From Azolla caroliniana (taxonomy: Eukaryota > Plantae > Polypodiophyta), in assembly GCA_043228905.1 (NCBI GenBank), contig JBHGNT010000005.1, positions 17,980,001 to 18,044,000 of the forward strand: a DNA stretch of 64,000 nt, given 5' to 3'. The notes beneath the pieces are model-generated. The model was not told the origin of the DNA and ran no database searches. It saw nothing but the letters and a program-made list of their open reading frames with translations. Position 1 is the first letter of the stretch; each line of letters opens with the position of its first letter. Position numbers and translations under genes: made by a program. Shown here in pieces: positions 24,301-38,169 of this stretch.

Positions 24301-26944
24301 TGTCCTATGTAGGCCGGATCTCGTAAACTGGGGTCCGACGCGACCCCCTTGATTCGCAACTCACTGCCCTCCAATAAGGGTGCCGCGACTGGCCTTACCT
24401 TCCGATCCACAGTCTTGTACTTCGTGTTAACCCGGGCCGTCTGATCTGACTTGAGCCCCCGACTGAAGTCCGCGATGACTTCGTACATCTCTTCTGAACA
24501 AACCGGTATCGTCCGGTCCTCTTTAAGGCCCTCTCCAACCACCTCTCGCAGTATTCCCAAGGTATCGTCGAAGGAGACTGCCTCCACGGCTCCGTTGATT
24601 TCCTCGTTGGGCCCGAGAACTCCGCACGCCCGAAGTCGCTCTTCCGCCCTTGTCTTTTCTCGGCCAACGACGCCGACTATCGTACACCCTCCGTTGTTGG
24701 AGAAACAAAACTTCCTACTTATGGTACAAGGTTTCTTCGGATTCGCCTCTATCGTACATTTGTGGGGTTTTCCCGAAGTGTCCGGACTATCGCGGCCCCA
24801 CGCCTTGACAGCCCTTTCTAAAAATCCTCTCGGTTCTCGCCATCGAGGGACTCGCGGTTTCGCTCGTGGTTCGGTCGCACCGTCAGGAACTGGACCGAAT
24901 GACGCCCGTCCTGACTCTTGACCCTCGCGTAAGCCGACCCGTTGTTCAGCACCTTGGTCTCCATCCGCGTTGTCGTAATGTACGGTTCTCCCAGTATGAT
25001 CGGGTGCGAGGACGTCTCCTGCACAAAGAAGTGCTGGTCTATCTCGACGTCGCCGATCTTGACTCGCACATTTGGGCAGGCCCCGTGTAGTTCCTCGGTG
25101 GCGCGCGTCGCCGCCTGTATCTTCCACCCGTGCTTGGTGTTGATCGGCCATTTTCCCTTTTTGTAGAAGTCCATGGACATCAGGTTTATTTCTGAACCAT
25201 GATCCACCAGCGCCACCACCAGTTCCTGAACGTCTCCAATCTTCACCGGGGTTTCCGTGGTCGCTCGGGCCCAGTGTGGCCTCGAATAGTGGCTCTCCAC
25301 CCACTCGTCTTCCAGTGCCATCTCCTCTATGTGCGTCATCCGCACCTCCACCGGCCTTTCCGGTTCTGTCTCCGTCGACAGCCTCTTCCTCTTCACCAAG
25401 TCCACGATGGAGTTGTGAAACTCCTTCTTGGCGATTCCGAGCACCTCCCGCAACAACAGTTCCACCTTGCTGTCGAGGATTCGTTCTTCCAGGACCCTTC
25501 GTAGGTCCGTGGTCCTTTCGATCTCCGTGCCCAACCGGTATCCGCCCTTCTTGTGGTTATCCCGGGCACTGGTCTCACCGGCCTCGTTCCGTTTCGGCCC
25601 GAATCGGGTTTCGTATCTCTGTGAGGGTCCGGCCCCTCCGGTTTTACGTACCCGTTTGTCTTCGACCAGAGCCTCGTAATTCTGGCAAGCTGCTTCGACG
25701 AAACCCGTCTTTTCTTCGACCTGGTCACTCCACCCGGTTACCTCCTGGACCCGCTTCTCCACACGGTCCGCCTCGTCTTTCCTTAGTCAGGCACCGGCGA
25801 GGCCTTCCAGCATCTTCGGCAAGAACCCGGCTTTGCTCTCCTTCCGGGCCTCGCTGCCTCCGACCCGAATACCGGCTGACGCCGAGTAGTGGACGGTCTC
25901 CGCGTGCGGGGCCGCCACCTCTTCCATCAGCCTTTTCATTCCTCCTCGCCCGTAATTTCGGTTCAGGGCCCTCCGGGTATCGCTAGCGTGCACCCGACCT
26001 TCCCACAGGTACACTACCCGGCTTCTCAAAGCCTCCGCAAAGTCCCCGCAGTCTTTCCGGATGTGGCCGACCTCGTCGCACCACATGCACCTATTTCCTG
26101 CCGGAGGTCGTCGGTCACGAGCCTGTTCGCCGCCTTCCCTCCGAGCCTAGGTGATTTGGAGATCCTTTACCGCCCATGTCAACTCCTCCAAAGTTGTGCC
26201 CCCGGACGAGCCTCTGACCACACCAGTCGAAGCCGAACCGGTTTCGAGCCACTCCCGGGTCTCTTCCCTTCGCGCCTGCGGTATCGGTTCGAGCTTCCTT
26301 GCTGCGACAGGACCTGCACCGGTCGCCCCTGTATCAGCCCACTCCCGCCGTTTATCAAAACGGCCGCAGACTCTTTTTACCGCGGCCCAGTCGGCCGTTA
26401 GCCCGTCTTCGGTTTCCAATAAGGAGCCCACTTGCTCCCGATCCCGTTCGTCAACCGATTTGACAAACAGTAGGACGCGACTTGTGTCCAGAACGGTCCG
26501 ATCGAGCGTCGAAAGGCGCGCAAAGCGTTCCTCAAACTCCCGGAGGAGTACCGACGTGTTTCTTCCTTTGTTGGGGGACTCCACCCACTCCATGAAGCCC
26601 CGCTTCGAAAGTCGAAGCGCGTCATCCAGCCCGTATTTCTCCAGGAGCCGTCCTTCGAACTCCTCCCAGGTCCGGCTCTTCGCCCGGACCTCGACAACCT
26701 CTGCATGGATGCCCGGCATCGCCACTCGAGGGAATCCTGCAAGACGCCTCTCTTCCGGAATATCCCTCATCAACATCTCCGACCGGTAGAACTCCAAATA
26801 ACTCGTGGCATCCTTTCCACTGAACCGGCCGATCGTACCGACGATCGCCTCAATAGCCCTGTCAAGGGCGCCGGTGCCCTCGCGCGCGCTCAATATCCGG
26901 TCCACGGCCGAAGCCATGGCCTTTGCAAGATCCGACCCCCTCAT
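21366..26944 (-). pseudogene. Gypsy gag-protease and pol (RT, RNase H, integrase), disrupted by stops and frameshifts
   Basis: CMWCDEVGHIRKDC, ALVDHGSEINLM, DLYSGYDQ...LPQG...PFLDDIPIKG, VDTS...RELWG...IETDC, HDSPWAGH, ADRGE...NGKVERGH and WFGPY motifs. Confidence 0.92.
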
Positions 26945-26966
26945 CTTCTGCTCCTCTGCCGCCTTG

Positions 26967-26984
26967 TTCACGTCGGGTTCACCA
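26967..26984 (-). other. Primer-binding site complementary to the tRNA-Trp 3' end
   Basis: The plus strand reads TTCACGTCGGGTTCACCA, the 3' 18 nt including CCA of plant cytosolic tRNA-Trp (recalled). It lies 4 nt from the LTR. Confidence 0.85.
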
Positions 26985-27400
26985 AAGATGTCGCGTTACT
27001 ACGCGCGTGCGTGGAGAAACAAGGCGGGACCACCGGGGTCTTGAACCGAAGAGCAGGTGATAGAAGGGGAAAGAGAAAGAGAGAGACACCCGGTTACGTA
27101 TGAGCAAAGAAACACAGGGACACGGCCCGTCAACGCAGAAGACACGAATGGACACAGAGACAGAGAAACACAAATGTTTGTATATTAACGAATGACAAAT
27201 AAACAACAGAGCACGCGAGCGGTTACAACCGAATAGGCCGGCGAACAGATGTCGATGCCTGTTCGTCTACGCACGAAAGGGGATAGGATGGAGGTGCTGC
27301 CGGAAGCACACGGGCGTTCCTCGAAGCAGCGTGAGCCTCCCGAAAACCCTGCAGAGAAGAGCGATGGAGAACGAACAGAGGAGAATCGTTCGGTTTCGGT

Positions 27401-30400
27401 TGTCGAATACAAGTGTATAATGGACGTATTCACACTATCCCTTTGTATATAGCTCAAGTTTGGGCCATTTGTGTAATTAGCATAAATGGTAGTTGCCCTA
27501 AGTCGGTCACTATATAAAGTGACCTAGTAACCTTTTTGTAAGGTTGGTTGTATTATTGTTTTCTATTAAATAGAAAGAGTCTTTTGTGCCTCCTCTCTCT
27601 CTCCCTCTCTATCTCTGTGCACGATTCTTAGAAACTGTCATACGCAGGTACTCAACCCCAATCGAATGCTACTTGATCTTCCGCATCGACACGGCCTTGT
27701 CTCCAACATTTGGTATCAGAGCCAGGTTCCTCAACCCGCTGTCGGCCGTCGTCTCAGCCTGCACAGCATTCGGTTCTTCGCTTCATCACAGCCTGCACAG
27801 TATTCGGCCTTTCGCTTCATCCTAGTCGTCATTCGAAGAAACAGAGAAGAAAGTAGGCAAACACAAGCTTGAATCTCGCTGCGTTAGATCATCACTCGGA
27901 GTAAGCCGGTCGGCTGTACTCTACTTCCTTGATCGTAACTGCTTGAGGTGGGCTTCCTGCACAACGACGACTTCAAGGACAACCCTAGTTCGTGTTTCAT
28001 TCGATTGGACAATAATCGGAAGGACCAGTCGGTTCCATTGCTCTCACCGTTGCAGTCAACCGAAACCGAATCGGCTTGAAGTACTGTCGGATCGTTAAAT
28101 CTAGGTTCAACTTGACTAAGACAGTTGTCGGTAGTCAATCCGAACCAAATCCCCGACTCTCCGTAATCAACATCACTTGTGTCCAACTTCGGCTAGAACG
28201 ACTCTGAGTGGGCCAAACCGCTGCACTTCACCAAAGTTCGTAGCCGACTTAGGACAAAGTCATGACATCAACATCCGGCTCGTCAGAAATGAGTCTAGAA
28301 AGTTCGATGGATCGAACTTCAACTTCTGGAAGGAGCAAATGCAGGACTATCTCATAGTCAAGGGGCAAATCGATCCCATCGAAAATGAAGCACTTCCAGA
28401 AGGATACAAACCAATTGAGTGGCAGAAGCTGGACAGAATCGTCCGCGCCACGATTCGGATGCACCTATCGGAATCGGTATACTTTACGGTGCAATCGTGT
28501 ACGACAGCATTCGAACTGTGGAAAACACTGTCGGACACCTACGAAAAGAAGGTCGCTGCAACGAAGATGTTTCTGATCCGGCGCCTCTACAACTTGCGGA
28601 TGAAAGAATCAGACTCGGTTCAAGCACATCTCAATGAGTACGAAAGCATAAGCTCCCAAATCTCATCTCAGGGGACGGCAATCGAGGATGAACTCAGAGC
28701 AATGATACTCATGAGCAGCCTTCCCTCATCATGGGAAACTTTCGTCACAACCGTGTGCAACGCGTCAACCATGGCTGTTAAATACTCCGAAGTCACGAGC
28801 GCAATCCTGACCAAAGCAGCTCGGAGAAAGTCTTTCGCCAAAGACTCAACAGACGACGCTTATGTAGTACAAGGTTCGACAGACCGATCGAACATACGAG
28901 GAAGAGACTCCTCACGGCAGCCGAACAATCAGCGAAGACGGAGCCAGTCACGGGATAATCGAATCTGCAACTATTGCAAGAAACCCGGACACATCAAAGC
29001 CGACTGCCGCGCACTCAAGAACAAGCACGACAAGTCTCAGAAATCAGACAAGAAGAGTGGCCGGCATGAGGAGATCAACTACGTCAGCTTCTCAGCGGAT
29101 GTGCTACCAAACGACCCGAATATACTATCAATCGAAAATCCAGTCGGATCAGAAGTTCTGCTCACGACTGAAGAATCGAGCACATGGCTCTTAGATTCGG
29201 GCGCGTCATTTCACGTGACTCCTCATTGATCCCAATTTCGGCAATATACGATCCGTCACTCCGACTCAGTTCGAGTCGGCAACTCGCAACACTGTGACAT
29301 CATTGGAATCGGCACAGTAGAGCTCAACCTTGCAGGTGGCTCTACACTTGTACTCCACAATGTCCGACATGTACCCGAGCTCTCAAGGCCATTGATCTCA
29401 GTCGGACAACTAGATGAAGACGGCATTCGTGCCGGTTTTTCTTCGGGAGGGTGGACACTCCACAGGGGGAACCTCCTGCTTGCTAGAGGACCCAAGATAC
29501 ACTCACTGTATCCGTTACATGTTACGCTCAGAGAGGGTAACCTGTTTTTGGTGGATATTCCTGTGTCATCACTATGGCACAGAAGATTAGGACACCTCAG
29601 CAAGGCCGGCATTACGCACCTATCTAGGACCGGATACATCCCTAAACTCTCCTTCTCGGACCATCAATTCTGCGAACATTGCCAGTATGGCAAACAAGCA
29701 GCCGCATCACACCCGACATCAGCACCAAGAGAAACGAGACCTCTCGATTTAGTCCACTCGGACGTCTGTGGCCCAATGCCGCATCAGTCTCTCGGCGGTG
29801 CCTCTTACTTCGTCAGTTTTATTGACGATTCGACTCGAAAGGTGTGGGCTTATCCAATTCGCACCAAAGATCGTGTCTTCTCGATCTTCTCCGATTGGCT
29901 CGCTATGGTAGAAAATCAAACTGACCGAAAACTGAAATGCTTTCGGACCGACAATGGGGGAGAGTTCAAATCAGAAGAATTCGTCAAATTCTGCCGACAA
30001 CGCGGCATCCGACGTGAATTTACGGCACCACACAGTCCGGAGCAAAACGGGATTGCAGAACGCATGAATCGGACAATCCAAGAACGGATAGTTTCCATGC
30101 TCCAACACTCCGGACTGTCGGATGGCTTCTGGGCAGAGGCTCTACTCACGGCAGTACACATAATCAATATGTCGCCAAGCAGACCTCTAGGACTTCAAAT
30201 TCCTCAGGAACTATGGATCGGCAGTAAGCCGAATTACGACAAGCTGAGGATTTTCGAATGCGAGGCGTACGCCCTTATTCCGAAAGATGATCGCTGAAAA
30301 CTTGCACCTCGGTCCAGGAAATGCATTTTCCTTGGATATGGATCAGACGGCGAAATGGGATACCGACTCTGGGACCCCGAACGCAGACAAATCGTTCGAA

Positions 30401-32787
30401 GTTCGGACGTTGTGTTCAACGAGTCGGCTATGAATCCATCAGTCGAAACACCGATCGAAGTCCGAAGGGTAACATTTTCCGATGTGCCGACCCTTCAAGA
30501 AGACCCCGCTCTTAACACACGGTCAGCTTCACGGGTAGCTGAACCTTCCACTACCGACTCGGACAACTCTGACTCGGCACAGCAGAATAATTCGCTTTCG
30601 GACCATCCGACCTCGATACCCGATACGACCAGTCCAATCATACCTCGACGATCCGAGAGACTGTCGCAACCTCCGGAGAGGTATTCTCCTGGAATTTTCT
30701 TCACCGACGCCGGCGAACCGACGTCTTACGAAGAAGCATCGACATCTGTCGATTCAGCCACCTGGCATCTGGCGATGGAGTCGGAAATGCACTCCATTCG
30801 GGCAAACAAGACTTGGGATCTGGTCGAATTACCTAAGAATCGACGTGCTCTTCCTTGCAAGTGGGTTTATCGACTAAAAGAGACGATTCGACCACCCCAA
30901 AGTACAAGGCCAGATTAGTTGTGAAGGGCTTCCGACAAGAATATGGCGTCGACTTCGACGAGATTTTTTCACCAGTGGTGAAGATGACAACCCTTCGTTT
31001 TCTACTCGGCGTAGTGGCAGCCGACAACTTGGAGCTGATTCAGCTAGATGTCAAAACAGCCTTCCTCCATGGTGATCTTGAAGAGGAAATTTATATGGAG
31101 CAGCCAAAAGGCTTCGTGGCAACTGGCCAAGAACATCTAGTCTGCCGACTCAGGAAGAGTCTATACGGCCTCATCAGGCACCGCGACAATGGTACAAGAA
31201 GTTCGACGACTTCATCCAATCGATCGGCTTCTCAAAAAACGATGAGGACCATTGTCTTTTTACCAACACAGCTCAAGATGGATCACCCATCTTCCTCATC
31301 ATTTACGTGGACGACATGCTAATTTCTGGATGCCACGCGGGCGAACTTGCCGATCTCATTCGGCACTTGCGGTTGAAGTTTGCCATGAAGGACCTCGGTC
31401 CGGCACGACACATACTTGGCATGAAGATTAGTCGGCATCGCGATAAACGACATCTTTTTTTGTCTCAGACCGACTATATCGGACGTGTCTTGGAACGCTT
31501 CAACATGCAATCAGCCAAATCTGCTTCAACCCCGCTCCCCATGAATCTTCGGCTCTCTCACCGAGACTGCCCGACATCCGGTCCGGAGGGGGAAGATATG
31601 AAGTCGGTACCGTATGCACCGGCAGTCGGCTCCCTTATGTACCTGATGGTCGCGACACGGCCTGATATCTCTCATGCCGTAGGAGTTGTTAGCAGATTTA
31701 TGCACAATCCTGGCCGATCGCATTGGAACGCAGTCAAGAATGTGTTCAGATATCTGGCTGGCACAAAAGACCACGGCATTCTTTTCGGTCCAAACTCAAC
31801 CTCAGGCGTAGTCGGTTACACCGACTCGGACTTCGCCGGCTGTATAGATAGTCGGAAATCAACAACTGGATACTGCTTCAAATTCGGCAATGGAGCAATT
31901 TCGTGGAAGTCGAAACTTCAGGAGTGCACAGCGACCTCAACGACCAAAGCAGAATATGTAGCTGCGTCCGACGCTGCAAAAGAAGCTTTGTGGCTCGGCC
32001 GGCTGGCGCATACGTTTCGACAAGTCGACCATGACTCGGCCCCAGTTGTCTATAGCGACAGTCAAGGTGTTGTTGCCTTGTCGAAAAATCCGGTTCACCA
32101 CAACGCCTCCAAACATATCGACGTTCGATATCACTTCGTTCGGGACTGCGTCATTTCAGGGAAAATCGGTCTAGAGAAAATATCCACAACCGACAATGTC
32201 GTAGATGGAATGACCAAGTGTCTTTCGGCAGACCGCTTTCGGTCCCTTCGGCATCAGATGGGCGTAACGACAAACCAGTCCGGTTAGAGCCGGACACAGC
32301 ACAGGATGGTTTCGGACAACCGACATCAGTTCCTTAATGATCGGCTTCAACTCTTCCGACCCGACCAGTTCGGTCTTCTGCCTTCGGACCCTGCCGACTC
32401 GAACAAAAACTGATATGTCCGAGAACCTAGGTTTATACCTGTAATCTTAGATAACCCATGTATACGCCCATTACGGGGGAGTGTCGAATACAAGTGTATA
32501 ATGGACGTATTCACACTATCCCTTTGTATAGCTCAAGTTTGGGCCATTTGTGTAATTAGCATAAATGGTAGTTGCCCTAAGTCGGTCACTATATAAAGTG
32601 ACCTAGTAACCTTTTTGTAAGGTTGGTTGTATTATTGTTTTCTATTAAATAGAAAGAGTCTTTTGTGCCTCCTCTCTCTCTCCCTCTCTATCTCTGTGCA
32701 CGATTCTTAGAAACTGTCATACGCAGGTACTCAACCCCAATCGAATGCTACTTGATCTTCCGCATCGACACGGCCTTGTCTCCAACA
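27401..32787 (+). mobile_element. Ty1/Copia element D; LTRs 27401-27708 and 32482-32787
   Basis: Perfect TSD TCGGT (27396-27400/32788-32792), PBS TGGTATCAGAGCCA at 27711 and PPT GGGGGAG. The LTRs differ only by a 2-nt TA indel by eye. Confidence 0.97.
28262..32287 (+). pseudogene. Copia D gag-pol polyprotein with two stops and about two frameshifts
   Basis: FDGSNFNFWK, CNYCKKPGHIKADC, WLLDSGAS, DNGGEF, YVDD and YTDSDFAG motifs. TGA at 29227 and 30295; frame changes near 30885 and 31175. Confidence 0.93.
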
Positions 32788-33365
32788 TCGGTCCGACAGC
32801 ACTTCGTCCTCCTCAATGCCCCCCCTTTTTCTCCCCGCGTCTCCCTCTCTTTATAGCTTCCAGAAGGGAGCCGTTTCTCTCATTAACTTCCTACCTACCG
32901 AATCTAACTACCTAGGATATACCTTTGTACCTAATTCTCTATTATATACATTAAAGGTCGCGCACGCGTGAAGAACCGGTTCACGCGCTCTATGCACCGA
33001 TTGCGCTAAGGGACAGTTTTCTTCACGACAGCGCGTGGCTTTTAACCACGTGGTTGTTGGTTTGGTTCCCACAGACGGAGAGAAGCTCAACCATCTCTTG
33101 CTTTCTCAAAATTTCCTTCACATTTGATGCATTCATTGTACAATATGCATACATTGAGCAACCTTGTCTTGTCGGCGAGGTTTAGTATGACTTCTTGTAC
33201 AATATGCATACATTGAGGAACCTTATCTTGTGGGCGAGGTTTAGTCTGAGAACTCGGTCATGTTTCCGTACATTGATTTGCATCGCTCTCGAAAATGAGG
33301 AGAGAGTGTGTCTCGCATAGATTCACCATCATAATATAATTCTACAACCTAAGACACACGACATG

Positions 33366-33438
33366 GCCGTCTTAGCTCAGCTGGTAGAGCGCGTGGCTTT
33401 TAACCACGTGGTCGTGGGTTCGATTCCCGCAGATGGCG
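33366..33438 (+). tRNA. tRNA-Lys(UUU), near-intact
   Basis: Cloverleaf with G:U in the acceptor stem; A and B boxes intact. Confidence 0.75.
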
Positions 33439-36400
33439 AGTAGTTTAACCTATCTCTTGCTTTCTCAAACTTCACTTCCCATTCCATGCATTCGTTGTAT
33501 CATATGCATACATTGAGCAACCTTGTCTTGTGGGCGAGGATTAGTGTGACTTCTTGTACAATATGCATATATTGAGCAACCTTGTCATGTGGGCGAGGTT
33601 TAGTATGAGAAATCGTTCGTGTTTCTTTACATTGATGTGCACACTCTTTTTCTCTCTCAAAGATCAGGAGAGAGTGTCTCTTGCATACATTCATCATCAT
33701 AACATAATTCTACACCTTAGGAGAAACTAGCCCCTCATGGCTGACTTATCTCAATCGGTAGAGCGCATAGCTTTTAACCACGTGGTCATGGGTTCGTTCC
33801 CCAAAGACGGCGAGAAGTTCAACCCATCTCTTGCTTTCAAAAACTTCCCTACCCATTCCATGCATTCGTCATACAATATGCATACATTGAGCAACCTTGT
33901 CTTGTGGGCGAGGTTTAGTATGAGAAGTCGGTCATGTTTCCTTACATCGATTTGGATGCACTTTTTCTCTTTCGAAGATGACGAGAGCGTGTCTCTCGCA
34001 TAGATTAACCATCATAATATGCATACATTGAGGAACCTTATCTTGTGGGCGAGATTTAGTATGAGAACTCGGTCGTGTCCCCGTACATTGATTTGCGTCG
34101 CACTCGAAAATGAGGAGAGAGTGTCTCTCACATAGATTCACCATCATAATATAATTCTACAACCTAGAACACAGGACATGGCCGTCTTAGCTCAGCCGCT
34201 AGAGCGCGTGGCTTTTAACCACGTGGTCGTGGGTTCGACTCCCACAGACGGCGAGAAGTTTAACCTATCTCTTTCTTCCACAAACTTCACTTCCCAATCC
34301 ATGCATTCGTTGTATAATTGAGCAACCTGGTCTTGTGGGCGAGGATTAGTATGACTTCTTGTACAATATTCATATATTGAGCAACCTTGTCTTATGGGCG
34401 AGGTTTAGTATAAGAAGTCGGTCGTGTTTCTTTACATTGATGTGCATGCTCTTTTTCTCTCTCGAAGATGAGGAGAGAGTGTCTCTCGCGTACATTCACC
34501 ATCATAACATAATCTCGCGTACATTCACCATCATAACATAATTCTACACCTTAGGACCAATGTCACCCCGCATGGCTAACTTATCTCAGTCGGTAGAGCG
34601 CGTAGCTTTTAACCACGTGGTCATGGGTTCGATCCCCATGGACGGCAAGAAGTTCAACCCATCTCTTGCTTTCACAAACTTCCCTACCCATTCCATGCAT
34701 TCGTCGTACAATATGCATACATTGAGCAACCTTGTATTGTGGGCAAGGTTTAGTATGAGAAGTCGGTCGTGTTTCCTTACATCGATTTGGATGCACTTTT
34801 TCTCTCTCGAAGATGAGGAGAGCGTGTCTCTCGCATAGATTAATCATCATAATATAATTCAACAACCTAGGACAAACCCACTTCATACTGCATGGCCATC
34901 TTAGCTCAGCAGGTAGAGCACGTGGCTTTTAACCACGTGGTTGTTGGTTTGGTTCCTACGGACGGAGAGAAGCTCAACCATCTCTTGCTTTCTCAAACTT
35001 TCCTTCACATTTGATGCATTTGTTGCACAATATGTATACATTGAACAACCTAGGACACACGGCATGGCTGTCTTAGCTAAGTCGGTAGAGCGCGTGGCTT
35101 TTAACCACGTGGTCGTGGGTTCGATTCCCACAGACGGCGAGAAGTTTAAACTATTTCCGACTTTCTCAAACTTCACTTCCCATTCCATGCATTCGTTGTA
35201 TAATATGCATACATTGAACAACCATCTCTTGCTTTTAACCACCAGGTTGTTGGTTTGGTTCCCACAGACGTGAGCTTCTATTGCTTTCTCAACCTTTCCT
35301 TCACATTGGATGCATTCGTTGTACAATATGCATACATTGAGCAACCTTGGCTTGTGGGCGAGGTTTAGTGTGACTTCTTGTACAATATGCATACATTGAG
35401 GAACCTTATCTTGTGGGCGAGGTTTAGTATGAGATGTTGGTCGTGTTTCCGTACATTGATTTGCATCGCTCTCGAAAATGAGGAGAGTGTGTCTCTCACA
35501 TAGATTCACTATCATAATATAATTGTACAACCTAGGATACACGACATGGCCGTCTTAGCTCAGCCGCTAGAGCGCGTGGCTTTTAACCATGTGGTCGTGG
35601 GTTCGATTCCCACAGACGGAGAGAAGTTTAACCTATCTCTTACTTTCTCAAACTTCACTTCCCATTCCATGCATTCGTTGTATAATATGCATACATTGAC
35701 AAACCTTGTCTTGTGGGCGAGGATTAGTGTGACTTCTTGTACAATATGCATATACAACCTTGTCAAGCGAGGTTTAGTATGAGAAGTCGGTCGTGTTTCT
35801 TTACATTGATGTGCATGCTCTTTTTCTCTCTCGAAGATGAGGAGAGAGTGTCTCTCGCATATATTCACCATCATGGCCGTCTTAGCTCAGCCGCTAGAGC
35901 GTGTGGCTTTTAACCATGTGGTCGTGGGTTCGATTCCCACAGACGGAGAGAAGTTTAACCTATCTCTTACTTTCTCAAACTTCACTTCCCATTCCATGCA
36001 TTCGTTGTATAATATGCATACATTGACAAACCTTGTCTTGTGGGCGAGGATTAGTGTGACTTCTTGTACAATATGCATATACAACCTTGTCAAGCGAGGT
36101 TTAGTATGAGAAGTCGGTCGTGTTTCTTTACATTGATGTGCATGCTCTTTTTCTCTCTCGAAGATGAGGAGAGAGTGTCTCTCGCATATATTCACCATCA
36201 TAACATAATTCTACACCTTAGGACCAACGTCACCCCGCATGGTTGACTTATCTCAGTCGGTAGAGCGCGTAGCTTTTGACCACGTGGTCATGGGTTCGAT
36301 CCCCACAGACGGCGAGAAGTTCAACCCATCTCTTACTTTCACAAATTTCCCTACCCATTCCATGCATTCGTCGTACAATATGCATACATTGAGCAACCTT

Positions 36401-38096
36401 GTATTGTGGGCGAGGTTTAGTATGAGAAGTCGGTCGTGTTTCCTTACATTGATTTGGATGCACTTTTTCTCTCTCAAAGATGAGGAGAATGTGTCTCTCG
36501 CATAGATTAACCATCATAATATAATTCAACAACCTAGGACAAACCCACTTCATACTGCATGGCCATCTTAGCTCAGCGGGTAGAGCGCGTGGCTTTTAAC
36601 CACGTGGTTGTTGGTTTGGTTCCCACAGACGGAGAGAAGCTCAACCATCTCTTGCTTTCTCAAACTTTCCTTCACATTTGATGCATTCGTTGTACAATAT
36701 GTATACATTGAGCAACCTAAGACACACGACATGGCCGTCTTAGCTCAGTCGGTAGAGCACGTGGCTTTTAACCACGTGGTTGTCGGTTCGATTCCCACAG
36801 ACGGTGAGAAGTTTATCCGATCTCTTGCTTTCTCAAACATCACTTCCCATTCCATGCATTCATTGTATAATATGCATACATTGAGCAACCATCTCTTGCT
36901 TTTAACCACATGGTTGTTGGTTTGGTTCCCACAGACGGAGAGAAGCTCAACCATCTCTTGCTTTCTCAAACTTTCCTTCACATTTGATGTATTCGTTGTA
37001 CAATATGCATACATTGAGCAACCTTGGCTTGTGGGCGAGGTTTAGTATGACTTCTTGTACAATATGCATACATTGAGGAACCTTATCTTGTGGGCGAGGT
37101 TTAGTATGAGATGTCGGTAGTGTTTCCGTACATTGATTTGCATCGCTCTCGAAAATGAGGAGAGAGTGTCTCTCGCATAGATTCACCATCATAATATAAT
37201 TGTAGAACCTAGGACACACGACATGGTCGTCTTAGCTCAGCCGCTAGAGCGCGTGGCTTTTAACCATGTGGTTGTGGGTTCGATTCCCACAAACGGCGAG
37301 GAGTTTAACCTATCTCTTGCTTTCTCAAACTTCATTTCCCATTCCATGCACTCGTTGTATAATATGCATACATTGAGCAACCTTGTCTTGTGGGCGAGGA
37401 TTAGTGTGACTTCTTGTACAATATGCATATATTGAGCAACCTTGTCATGTGGGCGAGGTTTAGTATGAGAAGTCGGTCGTGTTTCTTTACATTGATGTGC
37501 ATGCTCTATTTCTCTCTCGAAGATGAGGAGAGAGTGTCTCTCGCATACATTCACCATTATAACATAATTCTACACCTTAGGAGAAACCAATGTCACCCTG
37601 CATGGCTGACTTATCTTAGTCGGTAGAGCGCGTAGCTTTTAACCAGGTGGTCATGGGTTCGATCCCCACAGACGGCGAGAAGTTCAACCCATCTCTTTCT
37701 TTCACAAACTTCCCTACCCATTCCATGCATTCGTCGTACAATATGCATACATTGAGCAAACTTGTATTGTGGCCGAGGTTTAGTATGAGAAGTCGGCCGT
37801 GTTTCCTTACATCGATTTGGATGCACTTTTTCTCTCTCAAAGATGAGGAGGGCGTGTCTCTCGCATAGATTAACCATCATAATATAATTCAACAACCTAG
37901 GACAAACCCACTTCATACTGCATGGCCATCTTAGCTCAGCGGGTAGAGCGTGTGGCTTTTAACCACGTGGTTGTTGGTTTGGTTCCTACGGACGGAGAGA
38001 AGCTCAACCATCTCTTGCTTTCTGAAACTTTCCTTCACGTTTGATGCATTTGTTGCACAATATGTATACATTGAACAACCTAAGACACACGGCATG

Positions 38097-38169
38097 GCTG
38101 TCTTAGCTCAGTCGGTAGAGCGCGTGGCTTTTAACCACGTGGTCGTGGGTTCGATTCCCACAGACGGCA
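38097..38169 (+). tRNA. tRNA-Lys(UUU), near-intact last copy
   Basis: Cloverleaf with U:G at acceptor pair 3; A and B boxes intact. Confidence 0.75.

Larger units (their letters stand above)
20604..33030 (-). mobile_element. Ty3/Gypsy non-chromovirus (Ylt1/Phygy-like); 3' LTR 20604-21253, 5' LTR 26989-27400 plus 32788-33030
   Basis: TG...CA LTRs of ~650 bp. PPT GGTGGGGGCGGA at 21254-21265 (minus strand). Inserted in a tRNA copy with TSD GCGT/GCGC. Confidence 0.93.

Noticed and set aside
21265-27103. Many long plus-strand ORFs
   Set aside because: Antisense shadows of the GC-rich Gypsy gag-pol.
5616-33030. Array supplies primer tRNA to the host retroelements
   Set aside because: The PBSs are iMet (Copia B, C, D) and Trp (Gypsy); none is Lys.
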